Shown: positions 12,705 to 25,374 of the stretch, piece by piece
How the letters are laid out: each line of letters begins with the position of its first letter
How positions within the stretch are numbered: the stretch's first letter is position 1
Origin: Pinctada imbricata
Lineage: Eukaryota
Assembly: GCA_033119305.1 (NCBI GenBank)
Contig: VSWD01000007.1
Location: 57,858,741-57,922,740, forward strand
DNA length: 64,000 nt
Direction of reading: 5' to 3'
Position numbers and translations under genes: made by a program
Notes under the pieces: model-generated
What the model saw: only the letters and a program-made list of their open reading frames with translations
What the model was told of the DNA's origin: nothing
The model's database searches: none

Positions 12705-13088
12705 GTAATTCTTTATTGGACGCTTAGAAATACAGTATACAATAATACATGTATATGGAAAGATGCATAACAAAAGTAAAGCAAAAAAAAAAAAGGCAGC
12801 AAAGTTTTATAGTTTCACATTTTATTGTAACATGTGTTTCGGCTTTGAAGCCTCTTCAGATGATAAGAATGAAATATTTGTAGTAACACTGGATACATGT
12901 TTTATACATGTACTTTCATTTTAGATATACATGTATGTTGAAAATATACATGTATATATTTTAAATACATATCCTGAAGAAAATGTACACTAAGCAGTAT
13001 CAGTTTACGTTTTGTTCAAAATTTTCCATCTTACTATGAATATTACATGTTGTAATAGAAATAATAAATTGACTTGCTGTATTTACAG

Positions 13089-13205
13089 AGAAGGATGTCA
13101 CAAGAACGGATAGAACACACAAGTTCTTTGAGGGGGAATGTAATCCTAATCTACAAGTGCTAAATGATGTATTGATGACTTACTGCATGTACAACTTTGA
13201 CTTGG
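13089..13205 (+). CDS. TBC1D15: TBC1D15 exon 10
   Basis: Encodes KDVTRTDRTHKFFEGECNPNLQVLNDVLMTYCMYNFDLG, which contains the R-finger region. Confidence 0.9.
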
Positions 13206-13559
13206 GTATGTTACTTTCTCAATACTGTCAGTTATGAATAATTTCTATTTGAAATGCAGAATTAAGATGCAGTTTATCTCCAATTTTGCTTCTAGTACAA
13301 AAAAAAGGTATATGAACCTGTCAAAAATCTATGTTTCTACTTGTCCTCTTTAAAAGTTTTAAATCATAAGACAGAAAGTACAAAAATGAAGTATGAGTGA
13401 AATTGAAACCCTTCACACAGTAATTAAACAGAAATATGAATGTTATTGAACTTTATACATATAGTTGTGAATAATTGGTTTCTTGAGTATGTAATTTCGT
13501 TAAAAACTTAATCATACTTGATTTCTATGGAACACTATGGTATGGTACTATAATTGTAG

Positions 13560-13660
13560 GTTATGTCCAAGGTATGAGTGACCTACTTTCTCCCATCCTG
13601 GTTGTCATGGAAAATGAAGTTGACTCATTCTGGTGTTTTGCTGGTCTAATGGAGAGAGTG
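13560..13660 (+). CDS. TBC1D15: TBC1D15 exon 11
   Basis: Encodes YVQGMSDLLSPILVVMENEVDSFWCFAGLMERV, the TBC Q-finger motif (YVQGM). Confidence 0.9.
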
Positions 13661-13813
13661 GTAAGTACATGTATATACATATACAAGTAACACTAATCTA
13701 GCAGATGGAATATACAAGCGTGAAGTCTTTGTTATCCTCCTAAAACAAATACAACAAAGTCATGGTTGCTTATTGCATTGTAAATTCCATCTTGTACTTT
13801 CTTTTTGTCATAG

Positions 13814-13913
13814 TGTAATAATTTTGAGATGGACCAAGCTGGGATGAAGGTACAGTTAGCCCAATTACATAAACTGATGCAGTTTACAGACCCAGAATTA
13901 TGTGGTTACCTAG
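13814..13913 (+). CDS. TBC1D15: TBC1D15 exon 12
   Basis: Encodes CNNFEMDQAGMKVQLAQLHKLMQFTDPELCGYL; donor gtaagt. Confidence 0.85.
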
Positions 13914-14074
13914 GTAAGTAAATGTAAAAAATAAATAAACAGTGTATATCTTTTATATACAAGTTACATGCACTTTGAGTTATAAGAGTAAGCAGATTTA
14001 TTTTTTGACAAAATGCTGATTTCTTTTACTAATAGCAACAAAGCTAAAAAAAAATTAAAATAATCTTTTTTCAG

Positions 14075-14172
14075 AGAGCCATGATTCTGGGAACTTTTAT
14101 TTTTGTTTCCGTTGGTTATTGATACAGTTTAAAAGAGAGTTTTCATTCCAAGATGTACAGAGGTTGTGGGAG
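14075..14172 (+). CDS. TBC1D15: TBC1D15 exon 13
   Basis: Encodes ESHDSGNFYFCFRWLLIQFKREFSFQDVQRLWE; donor gtaggt. Confidence 0.9.
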
Positions 14173-14397
14173 GTAGGTTACTGTCTGCCCTTGATTTTGA
14201 AAGACTGACATAATAGATAAGGATGGTACATCATGTAGAATTATTTTGATGCAATAATTGTAAACTCTAGTGGAAGATTGTACATAATGATATTTGAAGG
14301 AATTATGCCACAATTGTCCTACATTTAAAACAGGTTCTCACCTAGGCAGTAAATATCTAATATTTCCATATTGTATGTATAAATGCCTACATCACAG

Positions 14398-14760
14398 TGG
14401 GTAATCTCGCAACGCAGAACGATTGGGTTTTCTATAATTTCGTGTGATATAGATTATATATCACAAAAAGAAGATTGTGATGCAGTGTAAGGATGCCATA
14501 GCTATGAGTTTTATCCAAAATAAGAGAATAATATATTTTCATCAAGCTGAACAAAGATCAGCGTGATTCATGTAGACGAAAGTGAAAGTAGAACGCTGAT
14601 CGTTTTTATGCGTTATTAAAAGCTAATATTATCCTTATTTTGAATACAACTCATAGCTTAGACATTCTTACACTGCATCACATTCCCCTTCTAGTTATAA
14701 ATGATCTATATTGCACAAAAATTTAGATAAACCGATTGTTCTGCGTTGCAAGATTACCCA
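14398..14760. mobile_element. Foldback/MITE-like element in TBC1D15 intron 13
   Basis: Terminal inverted repeats gggtaatctcgcaacgcagaacgattggg (14398) and cccaatcg..gttctgcgttgcaagattaccc (14731). Internal inverted segments too (gtgtaaggatgccatagctatgag vs ctcatagcttagacattcttacac). Confidence 0.6.
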
Positions 14761-15018
14761 CCGTGTACATGAAGGTACAGAAAGAAATTTTATCCATCAC
14801 TGTCTACCAATGCCTAGCACAAATTCTAATGCCAAATTTTTAAATTCAAGAAAGCTTGAACAACTTTGTTAGTGTAAAAGTCTTCTTGAGTTAGTTATGT
14901 TTGTAATTAAATTGTATTGAATGTTATAATTTTGTCCTGTATTGATTTATAGACGAAAACTTGTGTACAAACAAAAGACTTGTAGATAACTGATGCAAAA
15001 ATATAAAGCTTGCAGATG

Positions 15019-16106
15019 ATAGATTACTGTAAAACGAGAATATTTAGCGCAAACATATTTTAGCGCAATGAGGGATGAAAACCTTTTGGCGCAAACTTAA
15101 TTTAGCGCATTGACACCCTCTTGTCAATAGAATTAGCGCACAGTGTCGCCGGTAGCAAATTGCTGTCGATGAATCGTAATTTTTTGTAACGTCAGACACA
15201 AAATATCCGTCGTGTCTCATGTTCGGACGATCGTTGGTAATACAAAATAATTTTCAATTCTATTAAAAGTGATGAAAGAAAATAACGCTGTTCTGTAACA
15301 TGGATGAATATATATCGTCCCAATTTTTCAACTTGACGTAACGAATCATTTTACGGCAACGGCGCTAACATTGTGTAAATAAATCCTTTTAAAGACTGCG
15401 CATCTAATGTACTTGTTCACAGCGATATACATAGAGGTATTGACCACATGGCGGTACGTCTCTTGGACAATTGAATTGCCTATTCGTATGCTTGTATTAA
15501 TGTTTGTATTATCTTTTCTTTATAGATCTCCTTTTTACCGTATATGCACCTTGTGTTATAAAGTACTGTGTTTTCACACAAATGTTACGCCATCTAAATA
15601 TAAGCGAGAGAGAAGTCTTCTCGTTAGAAATAATACATATGAACATCTATTCCTGCATTTAGGTACGACTTCAATTTTTTATCTGATTGGTTTGAATGAA
15701 AATTTGTTCCGATTAAATACAACTTCAGTTTTATTTTGTTAAAGAATAATCTCGTCCGACTCTTATTTATATTTCATGATTGGTTATTACGACACGTAGA
15801 CAATCATGATCTACCCAGTACAAATGTACATGTTAATCACGGCACGTGTACTTTCATTATCTACCCAAGCGCTGGCGTTAATCCAATTATCTAATTAGCT
15901 ATAAAAACAACAAACGTTGCCGGATAGACCATGCCGTGGACACGGTGTAATGCACTTTGAATAAAATGTCGAATACTTTCTTATTGAAATTTGATGTTGC
16001 ATCTAAAAATTTTAGCGCACTACTTAATTTAGCGCAACCATGCCTTTGCGCTAATGGCGCTAAAATAAATCGAGCGCTAAATATTCTCATTTTACAGTAT
16101 AGGGTT
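15019..16106. mobile_element. Non-autonomous DNA transposon (~1.1 kb) with TIRs and TTAGCGC subterminal repeats, in TBC1D15 intron 13
   Basis: Left end tactgtaaaacgagaatatttagcgc, right end gcgctaaatattctcattttacagta (revcomp match, 1 mismatch). Multiple ttagcgca/gcgctaa subterminal copies at both ends. No ORF with transposase character. Confidence 0.65.
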
Positions 16107-16298
16107 AGTGCATCAATATTTGTCAGTACAATCAATAGGCAGAAAAATTATTACAGTAATCTCTTAAATTGATTATATTCCTGTTTATTTTAAAAGACAG
16201 AAGTAATTGAGGATTTACTTTTAAAGTGACTTGCCTTTAGCATAAAAATGTAAACTTATCTGTCTTGGTTAATCTGAAATATTTACATGTAATTACAG

Positions 16299-16415
16299 GT
16301 GATATGGACAGATCTGCCGTGTAAAAACTTCCATCTTTTAATCTGTCTTGCCATATTAGATACTGAAAAAACTACACTGATAGAAAACAAATTTGGATTC
16401 ACTGAAATACTCAAG
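16299..16415 (+). CDS. TBC1D15: TBC1D15 exon 14
   Basis: Encodes VIWTDLPCKNFHLLICLAILDTEKTTLIENKFGFTEILK. Confidence 0.9.
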
Positions 16416-16780
16416 GTTTGTTTAATTTAGAATGCTCATTAGTAAAGTAATCTTAGAACAGTTTGTGTATGATACCAGTTAAAAAAAATTCAAGTACATT
16501 GGTATGTACATGTATATTCTTTGAAATGAAAGAAATGTGTACATAGAACTGATAAAAATGATTTTTTCATAAATGTACATGAATTCTGACATATGTGTAA
16601 GGTAATTATTAAAAAAATCATGTACAAATTATGAAGTGAACGGAAGGAAAATTTACAAAAGCTATATACATGTGTATTCGATTGAATTTGAATTGAACTT
16701 TGAAAAATAAATATTAAATTTTAAAACTCAATTTAACTGAAAATTTCTAATACAACATGTTAACCCAATCTATTTTGTAG

Positions 16781-17134
16781 CACATCAATGATATGACAGG
16801 TGCAATACATCTAGAGGAAACCTTAAGGAAAGCAGAGGGTATATTCCTACAACTGAAACAAAGTAAGAAGCTTCCAGATGCTCTGAAGGAAATCGTTGGA
16901 GTGGAGGTCACGCCCAGTAGCTCTACGTCAAGTTCAAACTTTGTCACCCCCGCGGGTACTCCAGTCAACGTAGAGGCAGTGCCAAAACTAGAGAAATTGA
17001 CTCTACCCAAAGAAAACGGACATAGTAACGCAAGTTCTGGTACGGGTACGGCAGTTACGACACCTGATGATAGTAGTATAGAAATTCTGGTGGAAAACGG
17101 AGCAGATTCGGCCGTCACAAATTTTTTCACTTGA
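16781..17134 (+). CDS. TBC1D15: TBC1D15 exon 15 (terminal; stop TGA at 17132-17134)
   Basis: Encodes HINDMTGAIHLEETLRKAEGIFLQLKQSKKLPDALKEIVGVEVT..., followed by a Ser/Thr-rich tail. AATAAA at ~17152. Confidence 0.85.
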   Translation, partial: HINDMTGAIHLEETLRKAEGIFLQLKQSKKLPDALKEIVGVEVTPSSSTSSSNFVTPAGTPVNVEAVPKLEKLTLPKENGHSNASSGTGTAVTTPDDSSIEILVENGADSAVTNFFT

Positions 17135-18429
17135 AACTGATCAACGGAAAAATAAATTCCATCTGCTTAGGTGTTCAGAATGTGCGATCCTATGCGTATT
17201 TGTATGTATGCTAAGGCGTATGTGAAACCCCCTTCAAAATGTGATAATGTTCTTGTGTTTTGTTTCCATTTTAGCTTTTGGTTACGTGAATCAAAGTGAA
17301 TTTTGCTATTGGTAGATAAGTGCTTTCTGTTTAGTATATGTGCAGGTATTTTCTAGTCTTATATTCTGAATCAAAGAAATTGATTATGACATTCTACAAT
17401 CATGCATTTCATTGTAAAAATGGTATTAAGTGCACATTACAAACTCTCCACAAACTGTAAGATATTCTACACATACATGTACTTTGTAAATCAAATCTAT
17501 TTCTTGTATTCAAAAGAATTCAGAAAAAAAAACAAGTAAGTAGCAGATAGTTTTTACTGTAGAAGTACATGTGTAGAAATGATAATAAAAACAAGTCAGT
17601 CTGGGAACAAAAAAGTTCAGAATTTTCAGCATTACAATTATACGTTTTAAATCATCAACATTCTTTAACCACTTTATGAGTTTCATGAACATATCATAGA
17701 TCTGTCGACCTCTGATATGAAATACATTGTACATGTAAGTTAAATCATTTGATGACTGGATAATTTATATAATAACAGGTTATTTATTTATTGGAACAAA
17801 GCTGTTAGGTTTGTCATGATTGTTACTTTATGTTTATTCTTTGTCGTTTATACATTACAATCTGTTATCTCATTTACTGTATCAACTGTGACAAGCTTTA
17901 GATTTTTGGACACAATTTTACCATTAAATGATTCCATATTTTACACCATGTCTTATCTTAATTTCTGATATTTCTACTCATAAGATCAGATGAAATCTGT
18001 TTAAGATTTAGAATATAATGCTTCGTATATGTTTGTTGCATACTGGTAGAAGATGTAAAAAGTTCTTGCTTTTAGAAGAGTTGCATTGAAAGGCGAAGTT
18101 GTTCAAACCTGAAAACAAGAAATCTAAGATATATTCATCTGTACAATGATCCAATCCCAAACATGATGAAAGAATGTTGAGATACATGTACATGTATGTT
18201 AGCTTTTACATTTTGACCAGATGAAGGTTGTAAAAACCTCAAATTATAATGTAAAGAAATTTGATATACAAATGTACGTGTACCAGTGCATGCATAATTC
18301 AAAGACATTTGATAAGGATAGAATTCTGCACTCTGAGACCATAAGTTGACTTAGTTGATGAATGCAAGAGATTAGAATATAAAGGCAACCCAAGCATAGC
18401 ATTTTCTACATCAAATTGAGTATCTTCTA

Positions 18430-19263
18430 CAATGTTCACAAGGTTGTTCAAGCTTTTCAGTCCAAACTAATCTTGACATTTGACCCTTGACTTTGAAAAT
18501 CTATAGGTTCATCCTCTCCCTTTGTAGAAATTTGTGAAACGTCTGATGATTCTACTGATTGCTTTGTGTTCTATGCTACCAGGAAGGTAGTCCATAGCGA
18601 CCTTGACTTTTGACCCTTAAAATCAATAGAGTTCACCCTCTCTGTACGCAAAACATTTGTGGAAGGGTTGATGATTCTACTGATTGTCTTGTGTTATATG
18701 ATACCAGGAAGGTAGTCCATAGTGACCTTGACTTTTGACCCTTAAAATCAATAGAGTTCATCCTCTCTGTACGCAAAACATTTGTGGAAGGGTTGATGAT
18801 TCTACCGATTGCCTTGTGTTCTATGCTACCAGCAAGCTATTCCATAGTGACCTTGACCCTTAAAATCAATAGAGTTCATCCTCTCTGTATGCAAAATATT
18901 TGTGGAAGGGTTGATGATTCTACCGATTGCCTTGTGTTCTATGCTACCAGCAAGCTATTCCATAGTGACCTTGACCCTTAAAATCAATAGAGTTCATCCT
19001 CTCTGTATGCAAAACATTTGTGGAAGGGCTGATGATTCTACAATCATTGCTATATGTTAATAGCTGTCAAAAGGTATAGAAAGATGAGAAATAGGCATCC
19101 TCTCCCTATGAAAAACATTGGCAGATTTGATGATCCCTTGGTCCTTCATGCTGTTTACAATACTTTAACACAATGACATTGACCCTTTACCTTGAAAATC
19201 AACAGGAATCATCCTCTCCATACAGGAAACATGTGGAAAGTTGGATGATCCTACTAGATTGTG

Positions 19264-19295
<32 letters not shown>

Positions 19296-19520
19296 TATAA
19301 AGTTTTTTGCCCCCTAGTCCTCAGACTTTGCTTGGAAAATCAATATGGTTCATCCTCTCCATGTTGGGAACATTGGTTGAACGTTTGGTGATTCTATGAC
19401 TATTGTCATTTATACTGTTCACAATGTTTTAAGCCTGGGCCCCTAATGACGTTGACTTTTAAAATGGGATGCATCCATCCTATTCTCAGGAATGTTTGAT
19501 GTTACTATGCTGTTCACAAG
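18430..19520. repeat. Tandem satellite, ~120-bp unit, ~5 homogeneous copies plus degenerate flanking copies
   Basis: The unit ...gaccttgacttttgacccttaaaatcaatagagttcaccctctctgtacgcaaaacatttgtggaagggttgatgattctac... recurs at 18590, 18712, 18833 and 18950, with diverged copies on to ~19520. Confidence 0.8.
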
Positions 19521-21031
19521 AATCCATACCCATACATGCAATGATGATGTTTCATCCCCTCTGCAACAGAGTTTTGTACTTCGCATAATATTTCCTTAAA
19601 ATGATTCCTGTCAAGTTTTGTCAAATTCTGTTCGTTGAAAATGTAAAATAGTTAACAATGGACGACAGATGTCACGCTATGACAATAGTTCACTTGAGCT
19701 TTGCTCAGCTAAGTTAAAGAAAAGGAATTCAAAAGATAAAATAAGTTTGGTTTGATTTATTTCTGGTTGCTTAAAGATCTGTAACAATCAGAATCTTGTA
19801 GATCATATAAACATTTACTTCCTTGGTTAAATTGATGATTGATCATGAGACAAAAGATTCATTAACGATACAAAACAAATTTTAAGACTTCACGGTAAAG
19901 CTACATTTAATATCATACTAACACTTTTAAAGTTTAAAAATAAGTTAACATATCAATAAATTTAAATCATTACAAGCTTAAATGTATACATGTATATCTA
20001 TCATTTAATTGTATATTAGCAGCTTATATCTTAATTAATTTCATTTATAAGTCATAACACTTACATTTTCAGCATGTCTTGCTCTTCTTTATATTATATA
20101 AAGAGAGACTGAACGGGTATGAAAAAAGCACTTTCATTACGTATAATATGGGTAAAGAAGTACTATTCACGTTCAAATCAAAATGCTTCTAATAAGCTTT
20201 CTTATATAATGCCATATATGTATATTGTAAAAACTTCTTAGTTCTGCAGGTATCAATCGATACATGTATATGTACATGCTGAGAAAATGTAGTGTGAAAG
20301 AAGTATTTGCATAAAAGAAAATGTTGGAGATTACACAAAGTACATAAAGATTGGTAATGGCACAAAGTAAAATCAGGCTGATCTCCAATATAGAAATGGA
20401 AGCAAGAAAATAACAGTAAATTGTAATATAATGCTTTGCTGATTATTTGATAAATGAAACATAATAATAAGCACTGAGTAGCTGATTTTGTTTATGGTTA
20501 GGGAGATGAAGCAATGTTGTACATGAAAATTATAAGTACATAGGAAATTTCACATTGTCTTGTACATTTCAAATTCTGCATTTACATGTACTAGGTTATG
20601 TGTATTTGTGAGTTGGCTTCAAATAAAGCTCTATATAATGAAAATATACATTGAAATAGTGAATCTATAATATCCTTTCACGGGTTTTAAATGCATTTTA
20701 GTGAAAGACAGATGTGTACAACAAAGTAATTTGCATATCAGCCTTGACCTTTCACCCTTGGCAAAGGCACACAGCTTTTATTATTCATATTAAATACATG
20801 TATATTAAGGTAAAACAATAATTTAATCATCAAAAATATATCAAAATTTCATTAATTTCTTTCTCTCAATATACTAAATATGTAATACTTGAGACTAAGT
20901 ATATCTAAAATTTGAAGAAAACAAAAAAATGTATATATTAGCTAGGTTCCACTTGTGAATGTTTTTGTTTGATCTAGATTCCACTTGTGTTATAAGTCAA
21001 TACCAGCACCACAATATGTCATCTTAAGTTT

Positions 21032-21097
21032 TCATTTAGAATATCCAAATTCCTTAGCATCGTCAGCCGTAAAGTCACCGTACCGCCATAGGTTAAC
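21032..21097 (-). CDS. SND1: SND1 terminal exon ([21 protein letters not shown], stop TGA)
   Basis: Human SND1 ends [21 protein letters not shown]. Confidence 0.85.
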   Translation of the reverse strand, partial: [21 protein letters not shown]

Positions 21098-21474
21098 CTA
21101 ACGTAAATAAAAATATCATGTATATTAGATTTACAATAGAACATACATGTAACATGACATAATAGAACATACATGTTTAATAGAACATAACGTGTACTTT
21201 ACATTCATGTTTTATACATACACATTGTATTGTATTTTATACCTTTAAAGATCTTGTCAATCTTTCTTTAATACACAACTGATAGTAAAAAAATTTTTAC
21301 AAAAAAATTATTTTCGCATTTTCCAATTCCATGCAAAATTAGGGAAACTAGGTACCTTATGAAATATTTCTGCTTTAATTATATATACACAGCAACAACT
21401 TCTATGCGAAATATTTCAAAGCATAAATATTTATAAAATATATGCCATTAAAAAAAAGAAAAGTATTATCTTAC

Positions 21475-21723
21475 CCTTGAGGATTTAGCCTTTTCTTGAG
21501 CTTTCATGTAATCTGTCACCAATTTTGCCAGTCGTTTTTCCCGTCGCCTCTCTACCAGGAGGAAACCGTTTGATATAAGGGACTGTGCCACATCATCCTT
21601 TGTGTCGGGGTACATCAGACTTGCATAAGGTGCTCCTAGTATCTTATACTCCACATTTAGTAAGAGCTGCTTATTGGAGATGTCATTGTAAAATGCATCC
21701 AGAGCATCATATTTGGCATCCTC
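21475..21723 (-). CDS. SND1: SND1 exon 20 (SN5)
   Basis: Encodes EDAKYDALDAFYNDISNKQLLLNVEYKILGAPYASLMYPDTKDDVAQSLISNGFLLVERRREKRLAKLVTDYMKAQEKAKSSR; donor gtaaga. Confidence 0.85.
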
Positions 21724-21984
21724 CTATATCAATAAATAGAATCAATGCCATTTATGTACCAACTGTATCTTCTGAATTCTTCAATGCATAATGAATTTTC
21801 ACAAAAAAAATTCTTCTAATACAACTACATGTAAAGCATTTAGAAAAGAGAATCTTACATTCCCCGAAGTATGAAAATTTACATGTAATTCATTGAAATT
21901 TATCAAGTCTTTAAAAAGTTCTTTTCTATGACCAAACTGAAAAGCAATCCTTCATGCTAAACTTATCCATATGTTATAACTTAC

Positions 21985-22092
21985 ATCTGGTGGTAGAGCT
22001 GAACAAGCCAGTGTAAACTCCACAGCCTGAGCACTCAATGTGTGATACGCTGCCGGCAATGTCGCCAGGTTTGTTGATTGGGTTTGTTCCCT
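21985..22092 (-). CDS. SND1: SND1 exon 19
   Basis: Encodes REQTQSTNLATLPAAYHTLSAQAVEFTLACSALPPD; donor gtaagt. Confidence 0.8.
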
Positions 22093-22273
22093 CTGTAAAA
22101 CAAGAAAATTCCTCAATATACTTAGATGACGAAGATATACTTGAGATCATGGGTTATACTTAACCAAAAAGGTCTGACATCCAAGAAAATTCTATAAAAA
22201 GTTTTCTTTTATGTTCAATGAAATCATATCTTTCCTCCTTTGTGTGTTATAAAGTTCAAAGATGTAAACTTAC

Positions 22274-22340
22274 ATTTCCATAATCGATGTACAATACTGT
22301 AACTTTGCTTCCTTCAACCTTTTCTACACGAGCTCTGTAC
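22274..22340 (-). CDS. SND1: SND1 exon 18 (Tudor)
   Basis: Encodes YRARVEKVEGSKVTVLYIDYGN; donor gtaagt. Confidence 0.85.
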
Positions 22341-22457
22341 CTGATCAATAAAATATACATGTAAAATATAAGCAAATTTGAATTCTTTTAAAAACATTCT
22401 ATTTATTCAGAAATATTGTAAAAATGTTATTTGAATAATCCTACAAATAAAATGTAC

Positions 22458-22584
22458 CATTCATCATCAGCTGAGAATTTGGCAGCACAAGTGTCTCCTC
22501 GTTTGGGTGTGTAGGAGCCTGGGAGGGGCGGATTGGTCTCCATATCCTGTCTAAGCTGTTCCATCAACTTCTCTAACTGTGGTC
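22458..22584 (-). CDS. SND1: SND1 exon 17 (start of the Tudor domain)
   Basis: Encodes [43 protein letters not shown]. Confidence 0.85.
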
Positions 22585-22917
22585 CTTAACATACACATAA
22601 CAAATATTTACATTATATGTTAATATGGTAAAACATCTTTATAGCGAACAAAAAGGGACCCATATATTTAGTTCATTATACATGTATCTGTAGAGTTTCA
22701 CCATAATCCCTCTAATATTAATTACTAACATGGTATCACTATGACAGTATCTATATCAATTTTAAAAGATCTTTCACTATACTTTAATTTGAAAATAAGA
22801 TTCTTATCTCTGAGGTAATTAGGAACATGTAGGTACATGTATATTTACTAGCCATGATAAAGTTAACAATCAAGTCAGACATTTTAAGAACGTTGATCCA
22901 CAGCTACTTCCACTTAC

Positions 22918-23056
22918 CATTATCTACATATTGAGCGTAGAATTTCAGTTCATCTCCTACTTCTGTTACCACTACTTGTTTGTATTCTACATTACGTTCT
23001 GTGTTATCTTCTACCACCTCAATCTCCTCTTTTGGTTCCTCGTATTTTGACCATAT
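22918..23056 (-). CDS. SND1: SND1 exon 16
   Basis: Encodes IWSKYEEPKEEIEVVEDNTERNVEYKQVVVTEVGDELKFYAQYVDN; donor gtaagt. Confidence 0.85.
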
Positions 23057-23527
23057 CTACATGTACATTAAGATATTATCATATAAACTACAGTTTCTTG
23101 GGGAATTTATTCAGTAAACAGAGCAAAACCTTAATATCACACACTTTTCAAAAGAATGGTGAGGGGGAGGATTTTTATCTAAACATACTTGTTGAAAAAA
23201 TTACTTAACTTTAATCAGTTTGAAAAATTTTAGCACATCCTTTCACAATCTGTGTTTTGGTAAAGATATAATTATTAAAAGCAAAGTACATTTCATTTTA
23301 TTATATGTGGAAAATTTCATCACAAAGAATGTATTAATTGTACATGTCCATGTATTTTTTAATGAATTTGACATATGCTGAGAGAGATACTCAGATAAAA
23401 TTATATTCAAGTTACAAATGATCATCCTCCAAGATTCAATTCCTAAAGGACTCTGCAATTCATAACTTTGTCAAGAAAATTACATGTAAAATCCTATTAA
23501 GAGTACAGAGTTATAAGCAATACTAAC

Positions 23528-23716
23528 ATTAGCTTTTCTTTTCTTGGCATTTTCCTCTGCAATCTGTAGCTGTTTGTAGTAATTACTCCTCTCTGCCGTG
23601 AAGTGTACTTTAGACAGACCCTCCTCCACTAGGGCTACGGACAGGTTGACATTGTCCACAAACAGAAAACCAATAAAGTTTCCTCCTTTATCCATGGTCT
23701 CAACTTGTACCTCTAC
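23528..23716 (-). CDS. SND1: SND1 exon 15
   Basis: Encodes [63 protein letters not shown]; donor GTTAGT (less common). Confidence 0.8.
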
Positions 23717-23970
23717 CTGAAAAGTCAAAAGATTCAATATGATAAATCTAGTAATTCTTAATCTTAAACGACTTAAGCTAAAATAAGAATGAAAAATAAA
23801 TATTTTGAGTGGCAGAATTAGAAAACATTCAATCCCTTCCCTATTTTTAAGTTTTATTTTTAAACCTTCATTATAAATAATAGATGTAGATAGAAGTAAG
23901 AATGTACATGTAGCAATATGAGGGACAAAAACTGTTAGTACTTTTAAAATAGAAAAACAGTTTGTTTTAC

Positions 23971-24083
23971 CTCCCTCTGAAGACAGAGCTCTTTAGTGAA
24001 TTGTGCTGCCTCCTCTCCAAAAGCATCTGAAGGAATGGTGCTGCCATCTGGACCCGGTCTACTACCTCGAGGACACTCGATAC
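23971..24083 (-). CDS. SND1: SND1 exon 14
   Basis: Encodes [38 protein letters not shown]; donor gtaaaa. Confidence 0.85.
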
Positions 24084-24397
24084 CTGAAATGTATGTTAAT
24101 CAATATTTATTTATTACTGATTGAGATATCTTACACACAAATATGATTTAAACAATTATAAAACATTCTAGATTATCTAATAAGGAAGTCAATACATTGT
24201 ACATGTAGATGTTTATGGTGCTAGTACTGCTACAGTAAAATGTGAATTATAATTAACCTGAACGAACTGAAAAAATATGTCTGTTAATCAGTTTTGATAT
24301 GGATAAACCAATACAACAATTCTGTATGAGTACATACATAATGTATGAACACTGATACTCTACTATTACAGTACTGTATGTACTAATTTTGTCATAC

Positions 24398-24539
24398 CTG
24401 ACACAAGGAAAGTAATAAGACATGTTTCTTTAGGAATGTAGAGTCGTAATCTTGATCCACTGGCTATAAACTCTACCACAGCTTCTAATCTACCAGCTCT
24501 TTGTAAGAATGGAAGGAACTGCTTGGACTTAGCTATATC
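24398..24539 (-). CDS. SND1: SND1 exon 13
   Basis: Encodes [47 protein letters not shown]. Confidence 0.85.
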
Positions 24540-25136
24540 CTGAAGAAAAAATTTGACAAAATATATTGATGAGGGTATCAGTATATCAAATCATCTGTTG
24601 AAATCAAACTTGTCCCACTCTTACATACCGTATAACCAGAAATTTTCAAAGTATCAAATTTCACGATTTCATGGTAAAATAGGCTGTCTTAATTTTCGCG
24701 AGTACAATTTTTCGCTAAAAGAATATGTACATATAACTTCACTGTTTTGTACCTTCCATCATTAAAGTTTCAGATATTTCTATCATAAGAATTCACTCAA
24801 ACTACTTTGCTTTGTGTTAAGTCAGGATATGTAAAGATAAAAGAATGACACATGTACAATAAAAACAAAATGTCACTGATATACCAATTCATCTTATACC
24901 TTATTAAACACAATTTTTCGTGATTCCAAATCACTCACGAATATAGCGAAAATTAGTCTCTCGCGAAATTTCTGGTTATACGGTATATCTATAACCCCAG
25001 ACCTACCTAATCTTTATTCATTTAATTCTCAATTTGTACATTTATGGTCAATATTTCTACTAAAGGACAGTAGTCTTTAGCTACGATAATTACAAGATAC
25101 TTTAAGGATAATACATATATATGTATAGGTACCTAC

Positions 25137-25320
25137 CCCTGATACATCTGCCACTCTGTGTATAGGTGCTTCTTTCTTGGCATGCATTCCCATGGCTTTC
25201 TTCTGAGCCCTAGCCTCTGCTGCTAACAGTTCATCATAGTGAGATGACCGCTGGTCATCCTCCGGCCGGTACCTTATGACTGTGGCCAATCCTTTACCCA
25301 CTAATGCTTCCGCTACATTT
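25137..25320 (-). CDS. SND1: SND1 exon 12
   Basis: Encodes [61 protein letters not shown]; coordinates checked against ORF 25077..25406. Confidence 0.9.
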
Positions 25321-25374
25321 CTGTAACACAAGACATGTATGTGCATTATAAGATGACTTAATATGGAGTTTTTA

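Noticed and set aside
16747-17130. Minus-strand ORF (127 aa)
   Set aside because: It is antisense to the well-conserved terminal exon of TBC1D15. The mirror frame stays open because of the Ser/Thr/Gly-rich sense sequence.
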